Source of the DNA: Oscillospiraceae bacterium
Lineage (GTDB): Bacteria > Bacillota > Clostridia > Oscillospirales > Ruminococcaceae
Assembly: GCA_036641735.1 (NCBI GenBank)
Contig: JAVWEG010000001.1
Coordinates: 4,287-68,286, forward strand
Reading direction: 5' to 3'
Length of the DNA: 64,000 nt
The notes under the pieces were generated by a model. It was given only the letters and a program-made list of their open reading frames with translations, searched no databases and was not told the DNA's origin. Both the position numbers and the translations under genes were made by a program. This document shows positions 19,504-28,586 of this stretch, one piece after another (position 1 is the stretch's first letter; each line of letters opens with the position of its first letter).

Positions 19504-20019
19504 GTGAAAATTTTGCCAAGTGAAAAAATTCTTTCAGTTAAACAGGCTAAGGTAGCAGAGCTTCGCGAGAAGATATCTTCTTCAGTAGCCGGTGTATTGG
19601 TAGACTACAAGGGTATAAGCGTGCTTGATGATACAAAGCTGCGCAGCGAGCTGCGTGAAGCAGGCGTTGAGTACTGTGTTATCAAAAACACTCTTATAAA
19701 GCTTGCTATCAAGGACACAAACGTTGAGGGTATGTCTAATGTATTAGAGGGCAACACTGCTCTTGCAATATCAAAGGAAGATCCCATCATCGCAGCTAAG
19801 ATTATCGATAAGTATGTTGATGTTACTAAGGGTAAGCTTAACATAAAGGCTGGCTATATGGAAGGTGCATCTATGGATGCAGCTGCTGTTACAGTACTTG
19901 CCAAGCTACCAAGCAGAGAAGGCTTGCTTTCTATGCTGCTTAGCGCCATTACAGGTAATGTACGTGGTCTTGCTGTTGCTCTTAATGCAATCGCAGAAAA
20001 AAACACCGAGGTCGCATAG
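19504..20019 (+). CDS. rplJ: 50S ribosomal protein L10
   Basis: Typical L10 sequence and position. The GTG at 19504 sits inside a GAGGTG Shine-Dalgarno site, so TTG at 19513 may be the true start. Confidence 0.93.
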   Translation: MKILPSEKILSVKQAKVAELREKISSSVAGVLVDYKGISVLDDTKLRSELREAGVEYCVIKNTLIKLAIKDTNVEGMSNVLEGNTALAISKEDPIIAAKIIDKYVDVTKGKLNIKAGYMEGASMDAAAVTVLAKLPSREGLLSMLLSAITGNVRGLAVALNAIAEKNTEVA

Positions 20020-20072
20020 TAAATACTATTGGCGGCTATCATCAAAATTTAAATTAAACGGAGGAAAATATA

Positions 20073-20441
20073 ATGGCTTCAGAGAAAATCACAGCTATGG
20101 TAGAAGAAGTAAAAGCACTTACAGTGCTTGAGCTTAATGAGCTAGTTAAGGCAATCGAGGAAGAGTTCGGCGTATCCGCAGCAGCTCCAGTAGCAGTAGC
20201 AGCAGCAGCTGCACCTGCCGCTGAGGAGAAGAGCGAGTTCGACGTAGTGCTTGCTGAAATAGGCGACAACAAGATGGGCGTTATCAAGGCAGTTAAGGAA
20301 GTTACAGGTCTTGGCCTAAAGGAAGCAAAGGACTTAGTAGACAATGCTCCTAAGACAATCAAGGAAGCAGCTTCTAAGGCAGATGCTGAAGATATCAAGA
20401 AAAAGCTAGAGGACATCGGCGCTAAGGTAGAGCTGAAGTAA
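20073..20441 (+). CDS. rplL: 50S ribosomal protein L7/L12
   Basis: Ala-rich hinge and C-terminal domain [21 protein letters not shown]...[14 protein letters not shown]. Confidence 0.97.
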   Translation: MASEKITAMVEEVKALTVLELNELVKAIEEEFGVSAAAPVAVAAAAAPAAEEKSEFDVVLAEIGDNKMGVIKAVKEVTGLGLKEAKDLVDNAPKTIKEAASKADAEDIKKKLEDIGAKVELK

Positions 20442-20457
20442 TCTAACGCAATACATT

Positions 20458-20499
20458 AAAAGCTGCAAGTAAAACTTTTGTTTTGCTTGCAGCTTTTTT
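20458..20499 (+). terminator. rplL intrinsic terminator
   Basis: AAAGCTGCAAG...CTTGCAGCTTT stem followed by a T run. Confidence 0.75.
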
Positions 20500-20617
20500 G
20501 CAATATCGGCTTTTATGATATTAAGCTTGTTTTATATGTTTAATTTGGTATAATTAATTGAGTAATATTAGAAGCAAGCTTACATAAATTGCAATTCACA
20601 AAATAAAAGGAGAAAAT

Positions 20618-20665
20618 ATGATAGATAAAACGAATAATTTAATAAAGATGTGCCGCTATGAATAG
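20618..20665 (+). CDS. 15-codon upstream ORF (MIDKTNNLIKMCRYE) overlapping the AEC transporter start
   Basis: A strong Shine-Dalgarno site (AAAAGGAG) lies 7 nt upstream of ATG 20618. Its TAG stop (20663-20665) overlaps ATG 20658 of the transporter in the sequence ATGAATAG. The transporter ATG has no Shine-Dalgarno site of its own. Confidence 0.35.
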   Translation: MIDKTNNLIKMCRYE

Positions 20666-21599
20666 TTTATCACTTGCCTTTTCCGTGGTGTGTCCGCTAT
20701 TTTTAATGATGGCACTTGGATATTTTTTGCGTAAAATAAATATGTTTACACAAAGCTTTTTACAGCAGCTGAATAATCTTTGCTTTAAAGTGTTTTTACC
20801 GATAATTTTATTTGTAAATGTATACGAAAGCGATTTTTCGCTGTCATTCAATCCAAAGCTAGTGGCATTTGCAGTAATAAGCGTTGTTATAATAGTTTTT
20901 GCGCTTATGCTCATAGTGCCAAGCTTTGAAAAGAATAATCGCAGGCGCGGTGTTTTGGTACAAGGCATTTTCCGCAGCAATTTTATATTGTTTGGGCTAC
21001 CTATGGCGGCATCCTTGTTCGGCGAAGAAAATACAGGCACCACAGCCATTTTAATAGCATTTATAGTACCGCTTTTCAATCTTTTGTCAGTCGTGGCACT
21101 CGAAAGATTTAGAGGGGGCAAATTAGATATTAAGCGTATGGCGATAGGTGTAATAACAAATCCGCTTATTTTGGGCGCACTCGCGGCATTTGTATTTGTA
21201 ATTACAGGCATTAAGCTGCCTAATATAATAGAAGGTACAGTGCGTGATATCGCTAAAATAGCTACACCGCTTTCGCTTATTGTCTTGGGAGGTTCGTTCG
21301 CTTTTTCAGGCTTGCGGTCAAATCTTAAAAGCTTAATGATTGGTGTGTGCGGCAAATTAATTATAATGCCGTTTTGCCTTTTGACGATATCGGTAGCTAT
21401 AGGCTATAGAGGCACGGATTTAGTGGCATTGCTTGCAATGTTCGCAAGCCCTACAGCAGTAAGCAGCTTTACTATGGCACAGCAAATGGATGCAGACGAT
21501 GAGCTTGCAGGGCAGATAGTGGTGGTAAGCTCTATTGGCGCGGTAATCTCGGTTTTCTTTTGGATTTCTATTTTATCACAATTAGGATTTCTTGTGTGA
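20658..21599 (+). CDS. AEC (auxin efflux carrier) family transporter
   Basis: 313 aa with about 10 TM segments and an N-terminus (VCPLFLMMALGYFLRK) typical of AEC/malate-permease-like proteins. Confidence 0.8.
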   Translation: MNSLSLAFSVVCPLFLMMALGYFLRKINMFTQSFLQQLNNLCFKVFLPIILFVNVYESDFSLSFNPKLVAFAVISVVIIVFALMLIVPSFEKNNRRRGVLVQGIFRSNFILFGLPMAASLFGEENTGTTAILIAFIVPLFNLLSVVALERFRGGKLDIKRMAIGVITNPLILGALAAFVFVITGIKLPNIIEGTVRDIAKIATPLSLIVLGGSFAFSGLRSNLKSLMIGVCGKLIIMPFCLLTISVAIGYRGTDLVALLAMFASPTAVSSFTMAQQMDADDELAGQIVVVSSIGAVISVFFWISILSQLGFLV

Positions 21600-21617
21600 T
21601 TATCAATACGAAAAATT

Positions 21618-21659
21618 AAGAATAAGGGGCAAAATATTTTTATTTTGCCCCTTATTCTT
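21618..21659. terminator. Bidirectional terminator between the AEC gene and rlmA
   Basis: 19-bp stem AAGAATAAGGGGCAAAATA / TATTTTGCCCCTTATTCTT with a TTTT loop. Confidence 0.75.
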
Positions 21660-21663
21660 TTAA

Positions 21664-22500
21664 TTACAGCTTTTTGTATATATGAATATCAAATTCTATT
21701 TTAGTTTCAAGCTCTTTTTTAGCCAATAGCTTAGATGAGTCTGCGGCGGAGGTTTTCCAGTAATAAGGTGTCATTTTAAATAGGTTTTCTATATCTTCAG
21801 TACAGGCTAAGTGAATAAAATCTTGAATATGCACTATTTCGCAGTATTCAAAGCCAACATACGGAGTTTCCTTTTGCTCGTTTTCGTAGGGGCTTTCGTA
21901 TATTGCACTTTTAAGCTCCCAAAGATGCTTTGCGCCCGGCACTACATAAATAAAATGGCCGCCTTTTTTTACAGCTCTGTGTATCTCATCTATGCAAAGT
22001 GGAGAAAAGCAGTTTAGCGCTAAGTCAATGCTTGCATTTGCTACAGGCAGATGAAACACCGATGCTACAGCAAGCTCTGCATTATTTGCGTTTTTACAGG
22101 CGAGCTTTATGGCGGACTTTGATATATCTATGCCGCCGATACGCGCTTTATCGTAAATAGAGCCAATAGCTTTAATCACACCGCCTGTATAATAGCCTTC
22201 TCCGCAGCCTAAATCCAGCATTTTAGTATCGTTATCAGCATATTTTACGCAAAGAGCCTGCAATTGCTCGCGCAATGGTGCATAATATCCATTAGATAAA
22301 AAACGGCTGCGCGCATTTACCATACCCTTATCATCGCCCGGATTATGCGAGTTCATATGATTTGCAAGCAGTAGGTTTACACTGCCGCCGCTTGCAATAT
22401 CAAAGCAATGCCCTAATTTGCACAGATAAGTTTTTTCATTTTTAAAAAGCTGCTTGCCGCATACAGGGCAAGCAAATACGCTTGAATTATTAATACTCAT
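21664..22500 (-). CDS. rlmA: 23S rRNA (guanine-N1)-methyltransferase, RlmA family
   Basis: N-terminal Zn-ribbon FACPVCGKQL...YLCKLGHCFD, an SAM motif LDLGCGEGYYT and a tail similar to E. coli RlmA. I call ATG 22500 (MSINNS...) as the start because the ORF-track extension to 22548 would be encoded by the hyuA terminator hairpin. Confidence 0.8.
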   Translation of the reverse strand: MSINNSSVFACPVCGKQLFKNEKTYLCKLGHCFDIASGGSVNLLLANHMNSHNPGDDKGMVNARSRFLSNGYYAPLREQLQALCVKYADNDTKMLDLGCGEGYYTGGVIKAIGSIYDKARIGGIDISKSAIKLACKNANNAELAVASVFHLPVANASIDLALNCFSPLCIDEIHRAVKKGGHFIYVVPGAKHLWELKSAIYESPYENEQKETPYVGFEYCEIVHIQDFIHLACTEDIENLFKMTPYYWKTSAADSSKLLAKKELETKIEFDIHIYKKL

Positions 22501-22524
22501 TTTTGCTCTTTTCTGTAATAAAAT

Positions 22525-22553
22525 GCGGCTTGCAGCTGTGTGCTGCAAGCCGC
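22525..22553 (-). terminator. Hairpin closing the ssnA-ygfK-hyuA operon
   Basis: 12-bp stem GCGGCTTGCAGC / GCTGCAAGCCGC with a 5-nt loop. On the minus strand it is followed by ATTTTATT. Confidence 0.6.
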
Positions 22554-22561
22554 TCTTTTGT

Positions 22562-23935
22562 TTAAAAATATTCGCTTTGTCCGCGCTCTACATATTTACC
22601 TTTGTTTTGAGCCAAAATATTGCCTTGCGTACACACAAGCTCACCTGCCAAAAACACGGCTTTTGCTTCGCCCTGCACCTGCACTCCTTCGTATGGAGTG
22701 TAATCTACATTTTGGTGCATTTTTTCGGCGGTGATAGTATGCTCTGCGTTTTTATCCCACACCACTATGTCGGCATCTGCACCAAGCCTAATTTCGCCTT
22801 TGTTTTCTAGCCCGAATAGCCGTGCGGCATTAGTGCTGAGCAGATTTGCCATTTCATTTGCCGTAAATCCGTATTTGTGTAATCCGAGCGACAGCATTAT
22901 CTCAGCACGGTGCTCAATGCCCGGCATACCATTTGGAATTATTGCAAAATCATATTTACCTACGTCTTTTTGCCCTGATAAATTAAACGAGCAGTGGTCG
23001 GTGGAAATGGTGTTTATCTCACCTTGCTTTAATGCCTGCCACAAAGCATCTACGTCTATACGTGAGCGCAATGGCGGCGAGCAAACATATTTAGTACCCT
23101 CTACTCCGGGCATTAAATACTTGCTTTCATCAAGCGTAAAGTATTGCGGACAGCTTTCTACATATATTTTTTGTCCGCGTGCGCGTGCGCGCCGTATTTC
23201 TTCAAGCCCAAGCTTAGTGCTGAGATGCACTATATGCACAGGCGTGCCGGCGGCTCTGCCTATTGCGCAAAAGCGCGCTATGGCTTCAGCTTCCACGTAA
23301 TCGGGGCGAGTAACAGGGTGAAAACGTGTGGAATAATGTCCGCGAGATTTCTCCGATTTGATAAGCTCGTTTACTAAATCTCCGTTTTCACAATGCACAC
23401 CGACAATGCCGTGCAGCTTGTTTACAGCGGTAAGCACTTCAAATATTTGCGCATCGGTAACACGTAAAGCATCGTAAGCCATATATAGCTTAAAGCTGGT
23501 AATGCCTGCGGCGCTCATATCGGCAAGCTCTGCTTCGGTACTATCATTCCAGTCGGTAATTGCCATATGAAAAGCGTAATTACACGAGGATTTACCGTCT
23601 GCCTTGCTGTGCCATAGCTTTAATGCCTCGTTAAGGCTATGCCCCTTATCTTGCGTGGCAAAGTCTATCAGTGTAGTAGTGCCGCCCGATATAGCGCCGG
23701 CAGTGCCGCTTGCAAAATCATCGGCGGTATTCATTACACCGTTATTCATATCAAGATGTGTATGCGCATCAATAAATCCGGGAAAAATAAGGCAGCCCTG
23801 TGCATCGTACACTTCACAGTCATCAAGCAAAATATTCTCTTGCAGCTGTGTAATGCGCCCATCTTCGAGTAAAACATCAAGCTTTTCCTCGCCCTTTGGT
23901 GTAACGCATATGCCGTTTTTTATAAGTACTGCCAT
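22562..23935 (-). CDS. hyuA: Cyclic amidohydrolase of the dihydropyrimidinase / D-hydantoinase (HyuA) type
   Basis: FPGFIDAHTHLDM metal motif, FKLYMAY (carboxylated-Lys context), VHCENG, IVHLST and STDHCSF motifs. Confidence 0.85.
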   Translation of the reverse strand: MAVLIKNGICVTPKGEEKLDVLLEDGRITQLQENILLDDCEVYDAQGCLIFPGFIDAHTHLDMNNGVMNTADDFASGTAGAISGGTTTLIDFATQDKGHSLNEALKLWHSKADGKSSCNYAFHMAITDWNDSTEAELADMSAAGITSFKLYMAYDALRVTDAQIFEVLTAVNKLHGIVGVHCENGDLVNELIKSEKSRGHYSTRFHPVTRPDYVEAEAIARFCAIGRAAGTPVHIVHLSTKLGLEEIRRARARGQKIYVESCPQYFTLDESKYLMPGVEGTKYVCSPPLRSRIDVDALWQALKQGEINTISTDHCSFNLSGQKDVGKYDFAIIPNGMPGIEHRAEIMLSLGLHKYGFTANEMANLLSTNAARLFGLENKGEIRLGADADIVVWDKNAEHTITAEKMHQNVDYTPYEGVQVQGEAKAVFLAGELVCTQGNILAQNKGKYVERGQSEYF

Positions 23936-23953
23936 ATTTACCCCTTCTTTTTG

Positions 23954-26923
23954 TTAATTAAACAAATAATCCTTTTTGCTCACGGCTATTATTAATGCGC
24001 GCAACGCGTCCATTAAGCCGCAATCGGTGTCGTTTACATAATATTCAGCTACATTGCCGCCAAGACGTACCGTAGCACACATTGCAGCTCTGTCGATATA
24101 AAAACCTGCATTGTCGCTGTCGTTAAAAGCGTCCATTGTCCAGTACAGCGTAAACTTGTCTTTATACGGCTTTGCCTCATATGGGCAGAAGGTAGCACAG
24201 TTTCCACATTCATTGCACATACCGTCTACGTGGATAATCTGCGGCATAGCATAGCCGTCTATCTTTATAGCTACATTTGCTCTGTTAGGGCATACATCTA
24301 CGCAAGCCTCGCATACAGTTGCACACTCTAGGCAATTGCCGCCGCCCTCGCATACTTCGCCGCGGCGAGTCATTGCATTTACGGTGCTGTCGCTTATGTT
24401 TAAAGCGGCATAGCGGTCCTGTTTTATGCTTAGCAATGCTTCACTTACGATGTTGGCATCGGCAATCGCTTCGGCTACCGTAGCAGCTCCGCGGCGGCCG
24501 TCACCTATCGCGTAAACATTTGGTCTGCTTGTCTCTAATGTATCTGAGTTTACCACAATTCTGCCCTTGCCGTCAAGTGCTAAAGCAAGCTCGTTATATA
24601 AAGTATTGTCTACTTTTTCGCCTACAGCCGCTATTACGGTATCGGCAGATACCTGCACTTTTTTGCCTGTGCCTACAGGTGCGCGGCGGCCGCTTGCATC
24701 AGGCGCGCCCAAAGCCATTACTTCGCAGGTAAGCACACCGTTTGCAAGTGCTTCGGGAGATGCCAATTCTACAAATTCCACTCCGTCGGCAATGCAAAGC
24801 TCAAGCTCTTCCTCGTCTGCGGGCATATAGCGCCTATTACGGCGATAAACAAGGCTTACACATTCTACACCCTTTACACGCTTTGCCGCACGGGCGGCAT
24901 CCATAGCGGTGTTGCCGCCGCCTATAATCACTACGTTTTTGCCGAGGTTAAGAGCATAATTTTTTGCTTTGCACTGTGCCAAAAACTCAAGCGCGTCCAT
25001 AGCATCTGCGCCATCAAGCTTTAAAGACGGCGCATCCCACGCACCTATGCCAAGCACGACGGCATCATAGCTTTGTAGCTGCTCTTTAGAGCTTATTTCG
25101 GTGTTCAGATTTAAATTTACGCCCATTGCTTTTAGCAGCGCGGCATCTTTTTCTATAGCATCGCTCGCAATGCGAAATTCAGGAATAACTTGGCGCACTA
25201 CACCGCCAAGTGTATCGTGCTTGTCAAAAATTGTTACCTTAGCGCCGCCTCTTGCCAGTAAATATGCCGCTGCCATACCGGCAGGGCCGCCGCCGACGAT
25301 AGCAATGTTTTTATTGCTTTTGCCGCGTGGTGCAAGGCTTTTCAATAAAGTATCAAAGGCATTATTTGCAGCCTTTAGCTTTGCATCACGGATATGTACG
25401 CTCTCGTCATAAAATCCGCGTGTGCATTTATCCATACAATGGTGCGCACAGATAGTGCCTGTGATAAACGGCAGTGGGTTGCGCTCTAATATTACATTTA
25501 AAGCATCCTCGTACTTGCCCTCGTCTACAAATCGCAGATATGCAGGGATATCTTGCCCAAACGGGCAGCCGCCGCGGCACGGTGCTTTAAAGCAATCTAT
25601 AAGAGGCACTTCGCCGCCGCTTTTGCGATTAGGAGCTGTTTTTATCGGCTTAATATAATGTAGGTCTTTTTTAGAGCTTTCCATAAGCTTTTCTACACAG
25701 GCTAAATCTACCTTAGTAAATGCGCGTGCGCCTACCTTTTCAAGGAGATTTGCCATCTGCACAAGACGGTTATATCCGCCCGGCTTTAATAAAGTGGTGG
25801 CTATTGTGATAGGCCAAATGCCTGCTTTGTACAAATCTGCAATATTGTGTGCATCTGCGCCGCCGGAATATGATATGCGAAGCGCACCGTCAAAAGCTAG
25901 GGTAAGCTTTTGCGCTACTTGCATAGACAGCGGAAATAAGCTGCGCCCCGACATATACATTTCGTTGCCGGGCAGCTCGTTTGCCGCTATATCCACAGGG
26001 AAAGTATTGGTAAGCTTTACACCAAAGCTAAGCGATTTTTCGTTTGCCAGCGCCTGTAAGCGTGTGAGCATAGGCACTGCATCGGCAAATTGCAAATCCT
26101 CGTTAAAATGATGCTCGTCAAATACGATGTAATCATATCCGAGCGCATCTAAAGTTTCGCGCGCCGCTTTATAGCCAAGCAAGGTAGGATTGCATTTAAT
26201 AAACGTATTAAGATGTTTTTCGCTTAAAAGATAAGTGGCTATGCGCTCTATCTCTGCAGGAGGGCAGCCGTGCAAGGTAGATAGAGTACCCGAGGTACAT
26301 ACTTTGCCGTCAATTGCATCGATATCAGCTTTGGTAATATTTTTAAAGCAGTGCAAATTATCGTATGCCCACGCTTTACATTCTTTAAATACAGCAAGCT
26401 CACTTGCATCTTTAAGCCCCTCAATAAAAGCATCGATTTTAGCGCTGCGAATACCCTCAAGGTCGTATCCCACGCTCATATTAAATATAAATCCGTCAGC
26501 ACCGCCAAGCGCAAGCTCGCGAGATATCAGCTTTAAAGCAAAATATGCCTTTATGTATTCACTTTGCGCATCTTGTACACGCAGCTCTGTACTCCACTCT
26601 ACGTTATATCCCTCGTCCTCGGCAAGTATGCAGGGCTTTGCCACAGGCAAATCCTCGCCGTCAAGCGTTTGCACTGTCTTTAGCTCAAAAAAGCGTGAGC
26701 CGCCTACATATGCCGCAATAATATTTTGCGCCAATTGCGTATGCGGCCCTGCCGCAGGGCCAAACGGAAGCTCTAAGCCTTCGTTAAAAAGCTGTAATTT
26801 TTCCGATTGAAGATTGGCTTTATAATATTTGCTTACACCAAAAATTGTTTGTTCATTGCGATTTTCCTCTAAAATATGCTCCATTAGCTTGTTAAATGGA
26901 ATTGCGGTCATTCTGTCACTCAT
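23954..26923 (-). CDS. ygfK: YgfK-family multidomain flavin/Fe-S oxidoreductase (often labelled 'putative selenate reductase subunit YgfK')
   Basis: 989 aa, collinear by eye with E. coli YgfK: IPF..L..I, GPAAGPHTQLAQNI, NMSVGY.LEGI, LSTLHGCPP.EIE, KLTNT, YMSGR.LFPLS, GGGPAG dinucleotide folds and the C-terminal CLECATVCEACVDVCPNRAN...CNECGNCATFCP. Confidence 0.9.
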   Translation of the reverse strand: MSDRMTAIPFNKLMEHILEENRNEQTIFGVSKYYKANLQSEKLQLFNEGLELPFGPAAGPHTQLAQNIIAAYVGGSRFFELKTVQTLDGEDLPVAKPCILAEDEGYNVEWSTELRVQDAQSEYIKAYFALKLISRELALGGADGFIFNMSVGYDLEGIRSAKIDAFIEGLKDASELAVFKECKAWAYDNLHCFKNITKADIDAIDGKVCTSGTLSTLHGCPPAEIERIATYLLSEKHLNTFIKCNPTLLGYKAARETLDALGYDYIVFDEHHFNEDLQFADAVPMLTRLQALANEKSLSFGVKLTNTFPVDIAANELPGNEMYMSGRSLFPLSMQVAQKLTLAFDGALRISYSGGADAHNIADLYKAGIWPITIATTLLKPGGYNRLVQMANLLEKVGARAFTKVDLACVEKLMESSKKDLHYIKPIKTAPNRKSGGEVPLIDCFKAPCRGGCPFGQDIPAYLRFVDEGKYEDALNVILERNPLPFITGTICAHHCMDKCTRGFYDESVHIRDAKLKAANNAFDTLLKSLAPRGKSNKNIAIVGGGPAGMAAAYLLARGGAKVTIFDKHDTLGGVVRQVIPEFRIASDAIEKDAALLKAMGVNLNLNTEISSKEQLQSYDAVVLGIGAWDAPSLKLDGADAMDALEFLAQCKAKNYALNLGKNVVIIGGGNTAMDAARAAKRVKGVECVSLVYRRNRRYMPADEEELELCIADGVEFVELASPEALANGVLTCEVMALGAPDASGRRAPVGTGKKVQVSADTVIAAVGEKVDNTLYNELALALDGKGRIVVNSDTLETSRPNVYAIGDGRRGAATVAEAIADANIVSEALLSIKQDRYAALNISDSTVNAMTRRGEVCEGGGNCLECATVCEACVDVCPNRANVAIKIDGYAMPQIIHVDGMCNECGNCATFCPYEAKPYKDKFTLYWTMDAFNDSDNAGFYIDRAAMCATVRLGGNVAEYYVNDTDCGLMDALRALIIAVSKKDYLFN

Positions 26924-26937
26924 TATAAATCCTCCTA

Positions 26938-28269
26938 TTAAGCGTTAATGCGGCGCCATAAATCGGCTGCCTGCTCACGCGATTGTGCCATTACGCGCTG
27001 TTCGTCTATGCCTACAAGCTCACGGTTAAGCATACGTACAGTGCCATTAATCATTGTAGTTACCACACTGCGCCCTTGCATACCAAACAAGGTGTGTCCG
27101 CCAAGATTATTAGCAGTAAGCGGAGTAAGCGGATTGTAATCGGCTACTATAATATCAGCGGCAGCACCCTCGCTAAGCTCGCCTAAGGTATGCTCAAAAT
27201 AGCGTGCGCCTATGGCGGCATTGCCCTCAAATGCCATTTGCGGCACTTCACCCCAAGCCACTGTCGGATCACACAAATTGTGCTTATGTAAAATATTGGC
27301 TACCTTCATACTCTCGTACATATCATTTGTATATCCGTCAGTACCAAGGCCTACCAATATGCCTCTGTGCATCATATCTAAGGTAGGTGGGCAGCCTACT
27401 GCGTTACCCATATTGCTCTCGGGATTATGCACTACGGCGGTATTTGTTTCTTTCAATACTTCCATTTCATTACCGTTAATATGTATGCAATGTCCGCAAA
27501 TGGTTTTGTCTCCCAAAATATCATTGTCAAACAAGCGGTAAATCACACGCTTATTGTATTTGGCAAGGCTGTCGTATACGTCTGTCATACCCTCGGCTAC
27601 GTGAATATGAAATCCTGTACCGTCAGGTACACTTTCACGGCATAGAGCAAGGCTTTTATTAGATAGCGTAAAGCTTGCGTGCATACCCATCATCGCTTTT
27701 ACCATATCGGTATCGTCTTTGGCACAATAGCCTATAAAATCGGCATTTTCTTTTACAGCGGCACGCATTTTATCCTCGCCGTCACGGTCTGATACTTCGT
27801 AGCAAAGATTTGTGCGCACACCAAGCTGCTTTGCAGCATCGGCTATTGCAAATAAGCTGCCCTCTATGCCGCCATAGCTTGCGTGGTGGTCAAACACTGT
27901 TGTTACACCGTTTTTAATGCAGTCGATATAAGTAGCCATTGCGCTCATACGGGTATCGGGTAAAGTGAGGTTGCGGTCGATAGTCCACCATTGTCCGTCC
28001 AAAATATCAAGAAATGTTTTTGGAGAATATCCATTAATGGATAAACCTCTTGCAAATGCGGAATAAATATGATTATGGGCATTTATCATACCGGGCATAA
28101 TCAGTCCGCCTTTGGCATCTATCCATTGTGCATCCGCGTATTTGGCACGCAGCTGAGCGCAAGTGCCAATTTCCTTGATAATTTTACCGTCTACGGCAAC
28201 ACAGCCGTCCTCAATTACTTTATTTGCTTTGCCCCTTGTGATAACTGTGCCGTTGCCTATTAGTATCAT
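26938..28269 (-). CDS. ssnA: SsnA-type amidohydrolase (chlorohydrolase/deaminase superfamily)
   Basis: MPGMINAHNHIYS metal motif, HHASYGGIEGSL, HIHVAEG, VHNPESNM and GTDG. The C-terminal end AADLWRRINA parallels the E. coli SsnA tail AAASMWRRMDALA. Confidence 0.9.
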   Translation of the reverse strand: MILIGNGTVITRGKANKVIEDGCVAVDGKIIKEIGTCAQLRAKYADAQWIDAKGGLIMPGMINAHNHIYSAFARGLSINGYSPKTFLDILDGQWWTIDRNLTLPDTRMSAMATYIDCIKNGVTTVFDHHASYGGIEGSLFAIADAAKQLGVRTNLCYEVSDRDGEDKMRAAVKENADFIGYCAKDDTDMVKAMMGMHASFTLSNKSLALCRESVPDGTGFHIHVAEGMTDVYDSLAKYNKRVIYRLFDNDILGDKTICGHCIHINGNEMEVLKETNTAVVHNPESNMGNAVGCPPTLDMMHRGILVGLGTDGYTNDMYESMKVANILHKHNLCDPTVAWGEVPQMAFEGNAAIGARYFEHTLGELSEGAAADIIVADYNPLTPLTANNLGGHTLFGMQGRSVVTTMINGTVRMLNRELVGIDEQRVMAQSREQAADLWRRINA

Positions 28270-28586
28270 TATAATTCCTCCGTTTAAAATAAAAAATGAG
28301 CGCCATAGCGAAAAAGCTTAATTGTTTAAAAAAGCCCGTGCGCATAGCACTCCGTTACAGCTGCCCAGTATAGTTAAATATTTATTTTTCACAAAATAGC
28401 ACTCGCGAATTTATAATTTTAATATAACATAACCTATAATGAAAAGCAATGGTATTACTAAAAAATTTTATTTTGGCTAAAAGTTTGTTGATTTTATATA
28501 AAAGTATGCTATGATATCTATATAATATAGCATTGTAATTTTGTAAATAGAAAAACAATATGATATAAGTAAGGAGAAATGCGATA

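Noticed and set aside
20054-20416. 120-aa Ser/Ala-rich ORF antisense to rplL.
   Set aside because: It is the mirror image of the Ala/Glu/Lys-rich L7/L12 gene. rplL is unambiguous.
20639-21355. 238-aa ORF antisense to the AEC transporter gene.
   Set aside because: It is a shadow ORF of a hydrophobic membrane-protein gene. It has no Shine-Dalgarno site and no family resemblance, whereas the sense-strand product is a clear AEC protein.
15399-22553. Several terminator hairpins share a GCTGCAAGC / GCTTGCAGC core (15399-15435, 20458-20499, 22525-22553), which suggested a dispersed repeat (REP-like) family.
   Set aside because: Only about 9 nt are shared. The flanks, loop sizes and stem extensions differ, and each hairpin sits exactly at a gene end where a terminator is expected. 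This is most simply explained as convergent GC-rich stems rather than a mobile repeat.
26235-26810. 191-aa plus-strand ORF inside ygfK, together with other ORFs of 60-110 aa scattered inside ygfK, ssnA, clpB and the opp genes.
   Set aside because: All of them are embedded in long, well-supported genes on the opposite strand and have Ser/Pro/Ala/Cys-rich nonsense-like composition.
23954-26923. Calling the 989-aa protein a 'selenate reductase' on the basis of the common database label for YgfK.
   Set aside because: The label is historical and, as far as I know, not backed by biochemistry. The domain content (DPD-like barrel, GltD-like flavin domains, ferredoxin clusters) and its neighbours point to heterocycle reduction. 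I kept only the family name.
28270-28586. Possible purine, xanthine or other riboswitch in the leader of the ssnA operon.
   Set aside because: I read the minus-strand leader and did not find the conserved purine-riboswitch core (the U-rich junction and loop-loop motifs) or any convincing terminator/antiterminator pair. A covariance-model scan such as Infernal/Rfam would be decisive.
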